From Candidatus Rokuibacteriota bacterium (GTDB taxonomy: Bacteria; Methylomirabilota; Methylomirabilia; Rokubacteriales; CSP1-6), in assembly GCA_016193045.1 (NCBI GenBank), contig JACPSW010000086.1, positions 11,135 to 75,134 on the forward strand: 64,000 bases of DNA, given 5' to 3'. Below are positions 22,200 through 31,089 of the stretch, piece after piece (position 1 is the stretch's first letter; each line of letters opens with the position of its first letter). The notes beneath the pieces were generated by a model. It was not told where the DNA came from, made no database searches, and saw only the letters and a program-made list of their open reading frames with translations. A program made the position numbers and the translations under genes.

Positions 22200-23833
22200 C
22201 CCCCCGCGCCGTCCCCCGACGGTGCCAGGGACGGCACGAGGGGGTCGAGCTTCGGCGGGAGGCACGTGATGTTCCGCTTCCCCGGAATCGGGAGCTCGAG
22301 CGGTGAGAGCCCGAGAGTCTCGAGGGCCCGGTTTCCCGCCTGGAAGGTCCACCGCGGGTCCTTCTGGACGCGCCGAATCAGAAGCTCTTCACGCAGGCGC
22401 CCCTCGGAATCGTAGAGGCCGTCTTCGAGCTCCTCCAGAAAGGAGATATACTCCCGGGGCCCCGGCTCGATATCCCGCCACAGATACCGGTGCAGGAGTT
22501 TCCATTTCGCATCGGTGAACTTGCCGCGCTTCAGCGCCCCGAGGACCTGCCCCGGAGCATAGATCCTCCGGTAGGCGTCGATGAGCGCCCGCTGGAATCT
22601 CGATGGAGGCATGCGGAGGGGAAAGTGCGTCGCGTAGTGCCCGTCGCAGTACGCCCATCCGCGGAAGATGCTCCGGTACCAGGGGACGATGGTTCGATAC
22701 CCGTTGATATGCTCGGGGAAGTGTCCCCAGATCGGAAAGAAATACGCGGTCGCGAGGTTCTGCTCCAGAACAAAATCGACGGTGCGGTGAATGGTTTCCA
22801 GCGAGTCGGTATCGGCCCCGACCACGAAGGACCCCAGGATGCCGAAGCCAAAGGCGTGCAATTTCTGGATCGCGGCGACGATTTGCTCGAGGGTCTGACG
22901 CTTGTTGTAGGCCGTGAGGGTTTCGGGCTGGACCGACTCGTAGCCCTGGTAGATGTAATTGATCCCGGCCCGGCGCATCAGGGCCAGGAGCTCGTCGTCC
23001 CTGGCGACCTCCACCCGGGCGAAGACGACGATGTCGAAGCCGAAGTCCTCCTCGATCATCCGGTGCAGGAGCTTCTTTGTGTAGGGCCGCAGGGAGACGA
23101 ACTCGTTGTCCACGAACAGGAGCGACCGGCCGTACCGCCGCTTATCGCGCAGGTCGCGGATCACGGCCTCGATGTCCCGTTTACGGTAGCCGCTGGCGAA
23201 CATGGTGTTGACGATGCAGAATGTGCACTTGAAGAGGCATCCGCGGGAGGACTGCACCGTCAGCAGCGGCACCTTCCGCCGCAGAAAAAGATCGAGCGGG
23301 CCCATCCGACGGTACCCTTCGATGAGGGAAAAATTCGGGATGGTATCGAACCTGGTCGGCCCGGGTCGGGGAGCCGTCCGGTGAACGCGATCACCGACCC
23401 GATAGGCGATGCCGGCCACCCGCCCCACGTCGCCTCCGGAAGCGATCGCGGCCACGAGCTCCAGGATGGTCTCGTCGCCTTCGCCGAAGACCACGTAATC
23501 GCAGTGCGCGAGGCAGGACTCGGGAAAGTAGGTCGCATGCGTCCCGCCGATGATGGTCGGAATGCCGAGCTTTGATCGAACCTCCCCGGCGAGGCGATAG
23601 ATCTTGTCGGCCCCGGCGTTCAAGGACGAAAAACACACGAGGTCGGAGGCGGCGATCCGGTGCCACTCGGGGGGCTTGATGTGCTCCATATACACCGTCA
23701 CGTCGTACCCGGCTTCGGAGAGGATGGTCCCGATGAGCGGCATGCCGTAGTCCGGCATGACCATCCGATGGCAGAAGTCGGGGAACTCGCCGCCGAGTTG
23801 GATGCAGGTGATTTTCTCGATAGGCATGGTCAT
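22196..23833 (-). CDS. B12-binding-domain radical SAM protein
   Basis: IIGGTHAT...YVVFGEGDETI (cobalamin-binding region), SRGCLFKCTFC, GYES, GSFVVGADTD. Confidence 0.9.
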   Translation of the reverse strand: MTMPIEKITCIQLGGEFPDFCHRMVMPDYGMPLIGTILSEAGYDVTVYMEHIKPPEWHRIAASDLVCFSSLNAGADKIYRLAGEVRSKLGIPTIIGGTHATYFPESCLAHCDYVVFGEGDETILELVAAIASGGDVGRVAGIAYRVGDRVHRTAPRPGPTRFDTIPNFSLIEGYRRMGPLDLFLRRKVPLLTVQSSRGCLFKCTFCIVNTMFASGYRKRDIEAVIRDLRDKRRYGRSLLFVDNEFVSLRPYTKKLLHRMIEEDFGFDIVVFARVEVARDDELLALMRRAGINYIYQGYESVQPETLTAYNKRQTLEQIVAAIQKLHAFGFGILGSFVVGADTDSLETIHRTVDFVLEQNLATAYFFPIWGHFPEHINGYRTIVPWYRSIFRGWAYCDGHYATHFPLRMPPSRFQRALIDAYRRIYAPGQVLGALKRGKFTDAKWKLLHRYLWRDIEPGPREYISFLEELEDGLYDSEGRLREELLIRRVQKDPRWTFQAGNRALETLGLSPLELPIPGKRNITCLPPKLDPLVPSLAPSGDGAGG

Positions 23834-26800
23834 CCCCTGCGGCCTGCCGGCTCAGCGAGCAGCAGGCGGGCCTCCTCGAGGTCTGGGGCGTCGAAGCCCT
23901 CGGTGAACCAGCCGTAGACGGCCGCCAGCATCCGGCGGGCCTCTTCCTTCCTTCCCTGGCTGTGCCACAGCCGAGCCAGACTCATCGCCGCCCGGAGCTC
24001 CAGGGACTTCGCGCCCTGGCCCCGGGCGATGTCGAGGGCTTGATAAAAGTAGCGCTCGGCTTCGGCCACGTCACTCCGAGAGACCATCAGCAGCCACTCG
24101 CCCTTGAGTCGGTGCAGCTCGGCCTCACACCAGCGCTCGTCGGTCTTGTCCACCACGGCCAGGGCCTCGGCCAGCGCCGCAAGCTCCTCTTCGGCGTGGC
24201 CGGCTTTTCCGTGGGCCTCGGCCAGCATGGCAAGAAAATTCGGCCGCGCAAGGTCGGCCCCCGTCGCGCTGTAGGCGGCAATCCCCTGCCGCTGCAGTCT
24301 GATCCCCTCCTCTGTGTGCCCCTGTTCGGCCAGCGCCCAGCCCCCCAGGATCGCTCCCCAGGCCAGCCAGTACGGGATCCCGTGCTCGCTGGCGAGCGCA
24401 TTCGCCGCCTGGGCCCGCTCCTGGGCTTCCTGCACGTGACGGGATAGCTGACAGAGGGAGGCACCGAGGGTCAGAGCGTAGCTCAGGCTGAAGGGGTGGG
24501 AAAGATGGTGAGCCAGGGCAAGCGCCTCCCGACTCGTCTCACGGGCCTGGTCCGGGTAGCCGAGCATCCACAGGGTGACGGCCTTGTAGGAGAGGCAGGC
24601 CACACCGGGATCCTGCAGCGCCCGGTGGGAGCGGCGCTTCTGCGGATCGTAGAGGGCGATGCCCTGTTCGAAGTGCTCGCGGGCCGAGGCCAGCTCTCCA
24701 AGATGGAACAGGGTCATCCCCAGCGCGTAATGGGCCCACAGGATGAGCGCGGGGCTGTGCGCGCGCTCGGCCAGGGCGAGACACTCCCTCCCCAGGTCGT
24801 GCGCGGTGCGCAACTCCGCCCGCACGATGTAATACCCCCACAGTCCCCGGAGGACCGTGTAGAGCTGAGGCGTCTCGCCGAGCTGCCGACACAGCTCCCG
24901 GGCCCGGGCGTAGGTTTTCTCCACTTCCGGGGCCGCGTAGCTCTTCGCAGCCATCAAGGCGGGGCCGAGGGTGGTCTGCAGGGCCAGCTCCTGCTGGGCG
25001 CGCTCGGGGGTGTCCGGAAACGTCTTCAGCAGCTCCAGGCCCCGGGTGAGGTGCGCGACGGCTTCGACATTCGCCGAGCGCTCGCTCGCCAGCTGACCGG
25101 CTTTCTGCCAGTAGGCGATCGCCTGTTTGCTGAGGCCCGCCTCGGTGAGGTGATGGGCCAGGAGTTCGGGCTGGGTCTCGGAGATCTCGGGGAACCGCTC
25201 GGTCAGCAGATGCGCGATCCGCTGGTGATACTCCTGCCGCGTGCTCTTCAGCAGCGACTGATAGGCGACGTCCTGGACGAGGGCGTGCTTGAAGATGTAC
25301 GTCGCGTGCGGAGGGACACCGCGCTGATAGAGCAGTTCGGCCTCGATCAGTTGCCGCAGTCCCTGCTGGAGCGTCGTCTCGTCAAGCGGGGCGACGGCGT
25401 GGAGCAGCTCGTACGAGAATTGCCGGCCGATCGTGGCGCCCAGCTGCGCCACGGCTTTGACGGTCGCCACGCGATCCAGCCGGGCCATCAGCGAGTCCTG
25501 AAGCGTGGCGGGAATCGCCAGCGGAGGCAGGGGGGCCGTGAGCTCGTAGCGATCCTCCCGCTCCTTGAGGAGGCCCGATTCCAGGACCATCTTGGTCAAT
25601 TCCTCGACGAAGAGCGGGACGCCGTCGGTCTTGGTCACGACCTCGTGGAGGACCTCCGCCGGCAGGGCCTTGCCACCCGCCACCCGCTCGACGAGCTGCT
25701 TCACCTGGTGGCGGGGAAGGCGGCTCAGCGTAATCAGCGTGAGGTGCGCGCGGGCGATCCAGGGCACCTGAAATGCCGGACGGCAGGTGAAGAGGACGAA
25801 GAGGCGCGCGGTCGGGGCCTGGTCCACCAGGAGGCCGAGCAAGGCGAGCGTCGAGGGATCCACCCAGTGGAGGTCTTCCGCGACGAATACCACCGGCTGC
25901 TGCATCGCGAGCTCCACGAGCAGCGTGAGGACGGCTTCGAGCGTCTTCTGCCTCTGCCGCTCGGCCGTCAGGGTCAATGGCGGGTACCGGTCGTCCGGGA
26001 GTGGGAGGGACAGGAGGGAGGCCAGGAGCGGGATGGCTTCCGTCGGGTTGAGGCGATATCCGGACAGGGCGGTCTCCAGCTTGCGCACTTTGTCCGCGGA
26101 CCCATCGCTGCCTTCGAACCGGAACGCCCGTTGAAGCAGATCGATCACCGGGTACAAGGCGCTATTCTGGTGATACAGCGAGCAGCGGCATTCCAGCAGG
26201 GTGTGCGGCTCGGTCGCGATGCGAGCTTGCAGGGTCTGCACCAGGTGTGATTTCCCGATCCCCGCCTCCCCGCTCAGCAGGACCACCTGTCCCAGCCCCT
26301 CCTTGACCTGCTCCCAGCGCCTGAGGAGCAGGCCCATTTCCTCCTCGCGGCCCACCAGAGGAGTCCGTTCGGTGATCGCGGCCTCCAGGGGGCTCTGGAT
26401 GGCACTCTCGCCGAGAACCTGGTAGAGCGTGAGTGGCGTGGAGACACCTCTGAGCTGGTGGGCGCCCAGTTCGCGGAACGTGAACAGTCCCTGGGCCAGC
26501 CGGCGGGTCGCGGCGCTGACGACGACCGTGCCGGGTTCGGCCAGCCCCTGGAGTCGGGCCGCGAGGTTCGGCGTCTCGCCCAGGGCGAGCCGCTCGTGCC
26601 GGGCGCCCGCTCCGATCTCCCCCACGACGACCAGGCCGGTGTGAATTCCCACGCGCGCGTCGAGCCGGACGCCTCGCTCTTCCCGAAGGCGCGCATTCAG
26701 CCTCCCCATGGCATCCACGATCCCCAGGCCCGTGCGGACCGCCCGCGGAGCGTCGTCTTCGTGGGCGCGGGGGTAGCCGAAGTACACCAGGAGACCGTCC

Positions 26801-27153
26801 CCGAGGTATTGCGCGATGTGCCCCTCGTAGTGGCCGATCACCTTGGCACAGGTCTCCTGGTAGCTGCGCACGACGTCGCGCAGTTCTTCAGGGTCGAGGC
26901 GTTCGGAGAGCGCCGTCGATCCCGCGAGATCGCAGAACATGACGGTGAGCTGCCGCCGCTCTGCTTCGGGGGCTCCGGCCTCGGCCGGTGGTGGGGGAGC
27001 GGTCGCGAGCGGTTGACCGCAGCGTTTGCAGAAGTTGTGGTCGGGAGCGTTCTCGGTCCCGCATCGAGCGCACACGACGATGAGTCTTGTCCCGCACTTG
27101 GGACAAAACGCCGCATCAGAAGGCGTCTCGCCGTGACACTGGGGGCACTTCAT
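23830..27153 (-). CDS. Class III adenylate/guanylate cyclase with double zinc ribbon, AAA/STAND ATPase and TPR region
   Basis: CPQC..CPKC..CARC..CKRC; ERRQLTVMFCDL, YLGDG, PNLAARL; GEAGIGKS; EDLHW. Confidence 0.92.
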   Translation of the reverse strand: MKCPQCHGETPSDAAFCPKCGTRLIVVCARCGTENAPDHNFCKRCGQPLATAPPPPAEAGAPEAERRQLTVMFCDLAGSTALSERLDPEELRDVVRSYQETCAKVIGHYEGHIAQYLGDGLLVYFGYPRAHEDDAPRAVRTGLGIVDAMGRLNARLREERGVRLDARVGIHTGLVVVGEIGAGARHERLALGETPNLAARLQGLAEPGTVVVSAATRRLAQGLFTFRELGAHQLRGVSTPLTLYQVLGESAIQSPLEAAITERTPLVGREEEMGLLLRRWEQVKEGLGQVVLLSGEAGIGKSHLVQTLQARIATEPHTLLECRCSLYHQNSALYPVIDLLQRAFRFEGSDGSADKVRKLETALSGYRLNPTEAIPLLASLLSLPLPDDRYPPLTLTAERQRQKTLEAVLTLLVELAMQQPVVFVAEDLHWVDPSTLALLGLLVDQAPTARLFVLFTCRPAFQVPWIARAHLTLITLSRLPRHQVKQLVERVAGGKALPAEVLHEVVTKTDGVPLFVEELTKMVLESGLLKEREDRYELTAPLPPLAIPATLQDSLMARLDRVATVKAVAQLGATIGRQFSYELLHAVAPLDETTLQQGLRQLIEAELLYQRGVPPHATYIFKHALVQDVAYQSLLKSTRQEYHQRIAHLLTERFPEISETQPELLAHHLTEAGLSKQAIAYWQKAGQLASERSANVEAVAHLTRGLELLKTFPDTPERAQQELALQTTLGPALMAAKSYAAPEVEKTYARARELCRQLGETPQLYTVLRGLWGYYIVRAELRTAHDLGRECLALAERAHSPALILWAHYALGMTLFHLGELASAREHFEQGIALYDPQKRRSHRALQDPGVACLSYKAVTLWMLGYPDQARETSREALALAHHLSHPFSLSYALTLGASLCQLSRHVQEAQERAQAANALASEHGIPYWLAWGAILGGWALAEQGHTEEGIRLQRQGIAAYSATGADLARPNFLAMLAEAHGKAGHAEEELAALAEALAVVDKTDERWCEAELHRLKGEWLLMVSRSDVAEAERYFYQALDIARGQGAKSLELRAAMSLARLWHSQGRKEEARRMLAAVYGWFTEGFDAPDLEEARLLLAEPAGRRG

Positions 27154-27232
27154 GCGCGCCAAGCTTAGCGCGCGGCTCCGGATGGATCAACCCCCGAAGT
27201 GCTATCATCGGGGGGTGAGAGGAGGAGGAACG

Positions 27233-27679
27233 ATGGGGGAGACGGAGCTCAACCCGGCCCAGCAGCTGATGGCGCAGGGGTACCACTGATCGGAGGCGGT
27301 CCTGCTGGCCGTGTGCCGGCAGCTCGACATTCAGCAGGAGGTTGTCCCGGGCATCGCCACGGCGTTCGGGGGCGGCATCGGCGGGACCGGGTCGGTGTGC
27401 GGCGCCCTGGTGGGGGCGGTCATGGCGATCGGCCTCCGGCACGGCCGCCAACTCTCATCCGAACGGGACGCCCGGGCCTACGCGCTGACGCAGCAGATGC
27501 GCCGCCGCTTCGAAGGCCAGATGGGCCACGTGGACTGCCGGGAGCTGACCGGGATGGACCTGAGCACGGCGGAGGGCGTCAAGCGGTTCTACGCCTCGGA
27601 TGTGCCCCGGCGGGTCTGCCTGCCGGCGGTCGGCGTGGCGTACCGGGCCGTGATGGAGCTGCTGGGCGAGAAGCGCTAG
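27233..27679 (+). CDS. C-GCAxxG-C-C family putative redox protein, selenoprotein form
   Basis: AGGAGGAGG RBS, ATG 27233; GYH-TGA(27287)-SEAVL at the family's G(Y/F)xCxE position; FGGGIG..GSVCGALVG, DCREL, VC downstream. Confidence 0.85.
27302..27322 (+). promoter_or_regulatory. Putative bacterial SECIS element
   Basis: CTGCTGGC-CGTGT-GCCGGCAG 8-bp stem (one G-U pair); loop about 21 nt after the TGA. Confidence 0.6.
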
Positions 27680-27685
27680 CCGGGC

Positions 27686-28528
27686 ATGCCCAAGGCCCCG
27701 ATCAACGGCGTCACCCTGTTTTACGAGGCGATCGGCGAGGGGCCGCCGCTCGTCTTCGTCCACGAGTTCGCCGGCGAGTCCCTGAGCTGGCGCCCCCAGG
27801 TCAACTTCTTCAGCCGGCGCTACCGTACCATCACGTTCAACGCGCGCGGCTACCCGCCGTCGGACGTTCCCGACGATCCCGCGGCCTACTCCCAGCAGCG
27901 GGCCGTGGACGACATCCGGGGTCTCCTGGATCACCTGAAGATCCCGAAGGCCCACGTCTGCGGGCTCTCCATGGGCGGGTACGCGACGCTCCATTTCGGG
28001 CTCAGCTACCCGGAGCGCGCGCTGTCGCTCACGGTGGCGGGCTGCGGCTACGGGAGCGGCGCCCACCGGGAGCAGTTCAAGAAGGACTCGTCGGACCTGG
28101 CGCGGCGCCTGGAGACGGAGGGGATGGAGAAGGTGGCGGAGACCTACACCCGAGGGCCGGCGCGCCTTCAGTTCCTGCGGAAGGATCCCATAGGGTGGCG
28201 GGAATTCCGCGACCGGTTCGCGGCCCAGTCGGCCAAGGGGCACGCCCTGACGATGCGGGGGGTGCAGATCCTCCGCCCGTCGGTCTTCGACCTCGCGGAG
28301 CCGCTCGCGCGGCTCACTGTGCCGACGCTGATCGTCACAGGTGACGAGGACGACCCGTGCCTGGAGCCGGGGATCTTCATGAAGCGAAAGATCCGCTCGG
28401 CCGCGCTCCTCGTCATCCCGAACTCCGGCCACACGATCAACCTCGAGGAGCCGGACCTCTTCAACCGCGCGCTGCTCGACTTCCTGACCGCCGTGGACTC
28501 GGGCTCCTGGCCTACCCGGAGCGCTTAG
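27686..28528 (+). CDS. Alpha/beta hydrolase
   Basis: GLSMGG nucleophile elbow, GDEDD, GHTINLEEP. Confidence 0.9.
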   Translation: MPKAPINGVTLFYEAIGEGPPLVFVHEFAGESLSWRPQVNFFSRRYRTITFNARGYPPSDVPDDPAAYSQQRAVDDIRGLLDHLKIPKAHVCGLSMGGYATLHFGLSYPERALSLTVAGCGYGSGAHREQFKKDSSDLARRLETEGMEKVAETYTRGPARLQFLRKDPIGWREFRDRFAAQSAKGHALTMRGVQILRPSVFDLAEPLARLTVPTLIVTGDEDDPCLEPGIFMKRKIRSAALLVIPNSGHTINLEEPDLFNRALLDFLTAVDSGSWPTRSA

Positions 28529-28529
28529 G

Positions 28530-28605
28530 TGGGGTCAGGCATGCGTTATTGCGTTTTCGGAGGCGTCGCAGCGCCACTTAACGCAAATACGCATGCCTGA
28601 CCCCA
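28530..28605. repeat. Long intergenic palindrome between convergent genes (REP-like / bidirectional terminator)
   Basis: TGGGGTCAGGCATGCGT pairs perfectly with ACGCATGCCTGACCCCA; inner TTGCGTT/AACGCAA. Confidence 0.7.
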
Positions 28606-28609
28606 GGCA

Positions 28610-29680
28610 CTAGAGGAAGCGGCGGTTCTTGCGCTCCTCGGGCGCGCGGAGGCCCAGGGCCTCGATCTTCCGGTCCGCGTACTGCTTGTAGGCCTGGCGG
28701 ATCTCGGCGTTCCCGACGCCCTTCAGCCCCCACTGGATGAACTTCGGGGCGTTGGGGGAGTCCGAGCGGCCGAACATGTCCAGCGCCGCGGGGTACCACT
28801 TGTCGAGGAGGTGCTGGGCCAGGGCCTTGCCGCTCGCGTCCCGGCAGATTCCCATCAGGAAGCGGTAGCCCATCTCCGAGTGCCCGAGCTCGTCCCGCTC
28901 CACCGTGGCCGCGATCTTCGTGAGCGGCACGTAGCTCGATTCGCGCCAGTCCCGGGAGTGGAAGGCCCCGTTCAGGTCCACGAAGAAGTGGAAGAGGGCG
29001 TCGTCGGCCCACGACTCGCGGGGGAGGTGGAAGGCGTAGTGGGTGTAGGGGACGTCCTTCAGGGCGAAGGTCGGGTCCAGGCCCGCGGCGAGGCGGTGGA
29101 AGAGGATGGCATGCTTCATCTCCTCGGCCAGGTACTCGGCCTTGACGCCCTTCGCCCCCTCGGAGGGGGCCAGGGCCTCCGCCAGGTCGGCGCACGTGGA
29201 CATGAACCCCCAGAAGCTCTTGTTCCCCGCCCGCTCCCCCTCGTGGGCGAGCATCTTGAGGAGGAGGCTCCGGTACTCGTCGGGAAGCGCATCCCCCTCG
29301 TTGAAGCGGTAGCGCCCTGCCCCGTCGGCGTGGGGAAAGGCCGGGAGCGGGTCCCCCGCGGAGTACGGCTCGCGCCAGAGCGGCCAGTCCTCGGGCCCGA
29401 TCCTCTCGGGCGCCAGCGCCTGCCACCGCCTGGGGCGCCCACCGCACGTGACCGCCTGGTGGCCGCACTGGCAACCGAGGAGTCCCTCCGCGTACAGATC
29501 GTGCTGAGCCTCGATGAGCGCCGCCGCGAGGCCGGAGAGGAGCCGGTCTCCCACCACGCCGAGGTAGCGGTCGCAGCCCGCGCAGCGGAGCGTGTAGTAG
29601 GTCCCGTAGGCCGCAGGATCCGCCACGCGGATTCCGGCAGACCCGTACGCCTCCCGGATCTCGTCGAGCACCTGGCTCAT
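28610..29680 (-). CDS. PaaA/PaaC-like ferritin-fold di-iron protein with an N-terminal Cys-rich domain
   Basis: EEMKH and DELGH ExxH motifs, LAPS, SSYVPL, KWYPAALDMFGRSDS; N-terminal CAGC...CQCGH. Confidence 0.8.
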   Translation of the reverse strand: MSQVLDEIREAYGSAGIRVADPAAYGTYYTLRCAGCDRYLGVVGDRLLSGLAAALIEAQHDLYAEGLLGCQCGHQAVTCGGRPRRWQALAPERIGPEDWPLWREPYSAGDPLPAFPHADGAGRYRFNEGDALPDEYRSLLLKMLAHEGERAGNKSFWGFMSTCADLAEALAPSEGAKGVKAEYLAEEMKHAILFHRLAAGLDPTFALKDVPYTHYAFHLPRESWADDALFHFFVDLNGAFHSRDWRESSYVPLTKIAATVERDELGHSEMGYRFLMGICRDASGKALAQHLLDKWYPAALDMFGRSDSPNAPKFIQWGLKGVGNAEIRQAYKQYADRKIEALGLRAPEERKNRRFL

Positions 29681-29764
29681 GCGGGGCAACGTACTACGAT
29701 CGTCCGGGAAACGCAATGCGGGAGGGGCTTCCCCTGAGACGCAGGATGGATTAGAATCGCGCCC

Positions 29765-30865
29765 GTGAACGCAGCGGTCCTGTCAGAGATCGGTGGCGCC
29801 CTGAAGGTCGAGGACCTCCCGCGTCCTGCCCCACGGGCCGGCGAGGTTCTGGTGAAGGTCACCGCGTGCGGGGTCTGCCACACCGACCTCCACGTGGTCA
29901 AGGGCGAGGTGAAGTTCCCGCTGCCGGCCGTCCTGGGCCACGAGATCTCGGGGGTGGTGGCGGAGATCGGTCCGAACGCCGGCGGCGTGAAGCCGGGCGA
30001 TCAGGTCATCTGCTCCTTCATCATGCCGTGCGGCGCCTGCTACTACTGCGCCCGGGGCCGCGACGACCTCTGCGAGACGTTCTTCGCCATGAACCGGCTC
30101 AAGGGCACGCTCTACGACGGCGAGAGCCGGCTCCGGCGGAAGGACGGCTCGCCGGTGGCGATGTACAGCATGGCCGGGTTGGCGGAGTACGCCGTCGTCC
30201 CCGTCTCCGACGTCTTCCCCGCCCCTCCCAACCTGCCGCTGGCGGATGCCTGCATCCTCGGCTGCGCCATCATGACGGCCTACGGCGCCGTGAAGAACCA
30301 GGCCCAGGTCATGCCGGGCGAGACGGTCGCCGTCGTCGGCGTGGGCGGGGTGGGATCCAACGCCATCCAGATCGCGCGGGTCTTCGGGGCCACCGAGGTG
30401 ATCGCCGTGGACGTGCGGGACGACAAGCTCGAGGCGGCGCGGAAGCTGGGAGCCACTCAGGTCGTGAACGCGTCGAAGGGCGATCCCGTGGCCCAGGTGA
30501 TGAGCCTGACCGGAGGCCGCGGTGCGGATGTGGCGATCGAGGCGCTCGGCAGGCCTGAAACGGTTGTGAACGCTTTTATGATGACGCGCGATGGCGGCCG
30601 CACCGTCGTAATCGGCATCGCCGCGGGCCAGGCTACCGCCGGCATCGAGGTCACGCGTCTCGTCCGCCGCGGCATCCGGCTCTCCGGCTCTTACGGCTGC
30701 CGCGTGCGCACGGACATGCCCGAGGTTCTGCGGCTGGCGGCCAAGGGCCAGATCAACGTGTCTCAGCCGATCTCGCGGCGCTATGCGCTGGAGGATGCCG
30801 ACCAGGCCTACCAGGCCCTCAACCGGGGGGAGATTGTGGGCCGCGCGATCGTCACGACGGCCTAG
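29765..30865 (+). CDS. Zn-dependent alcohol dehydrogenase (MDR family)
   Basis: GVCHTD, LGHE, CGACYYC..G...LC, GVGGVG. Confidence 0.93.
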   Translation: MNAAVLSEIGGALKVEDLPRPAPRAGEVLVKVTACGVCHTDLHVVKGEVKFPLPAVLGHEISGVVAEIGPNAGGVKPGDQVICSFIMPCGACYYCARGRDDLCETFFAMNRLKGTLYDGESRLRRKDGSPVAMYSMAGLAEYAVVPVSDVFPAPPNLPLADACILGCAIMTAYGAVKNQAQVMPGETVAVVGVGGVGSNAIQIARVFGATEVIAVDVRDDKLEAARKLGATQVVNASKGDPVAQVMSLTGGRGADVAIEALGRPETVVNAFMMTRDGGRTVVIGIAAGQATAGIEVTRLVRRGIRLSGSYGCRVRTDMPEVLRLAAKGQINVSQPISRRYALEDADQAYQALNRGEIVGRAIVTTA

Positions 30866-31080
30866 CGCGCACTATTCACGAGCGGCGGCGGCGCGAGCGG
30901 GCGGGTGGCGCAGGGTGCAGCCCCCACGGGGCCGCGCGCAGTGGGCCCCCCTCGTCCCGTCCGCCGCGCGCAGCGCGGCGTTCGGGTGAGTGGGTGACGG
31001 AGCCGGACCCACGGGGGCTGCACCCTGCGACAGGCCCCGCCCGCTGCACTCGACGATGGTTCGTGAATAATGCGCGCTAG
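30862..31080. mobile_element. 219-bp MITE-like element, copy 2
   Basis: TIRs CTAGCGCGCACTATTCACGA / TCGTGAATAATGCGCGCTAG; CTAG at both ends; near-identical to 21981-22199. Confidence 0.82.
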
Positions 31081-31089
31081 CTCACGAGC

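Noticed and set aside
21981..31080. Composite transposon bounded by the two MITE copies
   Set aside because: No transposase; each copy has its own YTAG ends; the enclosed genes are unrelated, so independent insertions are simpler
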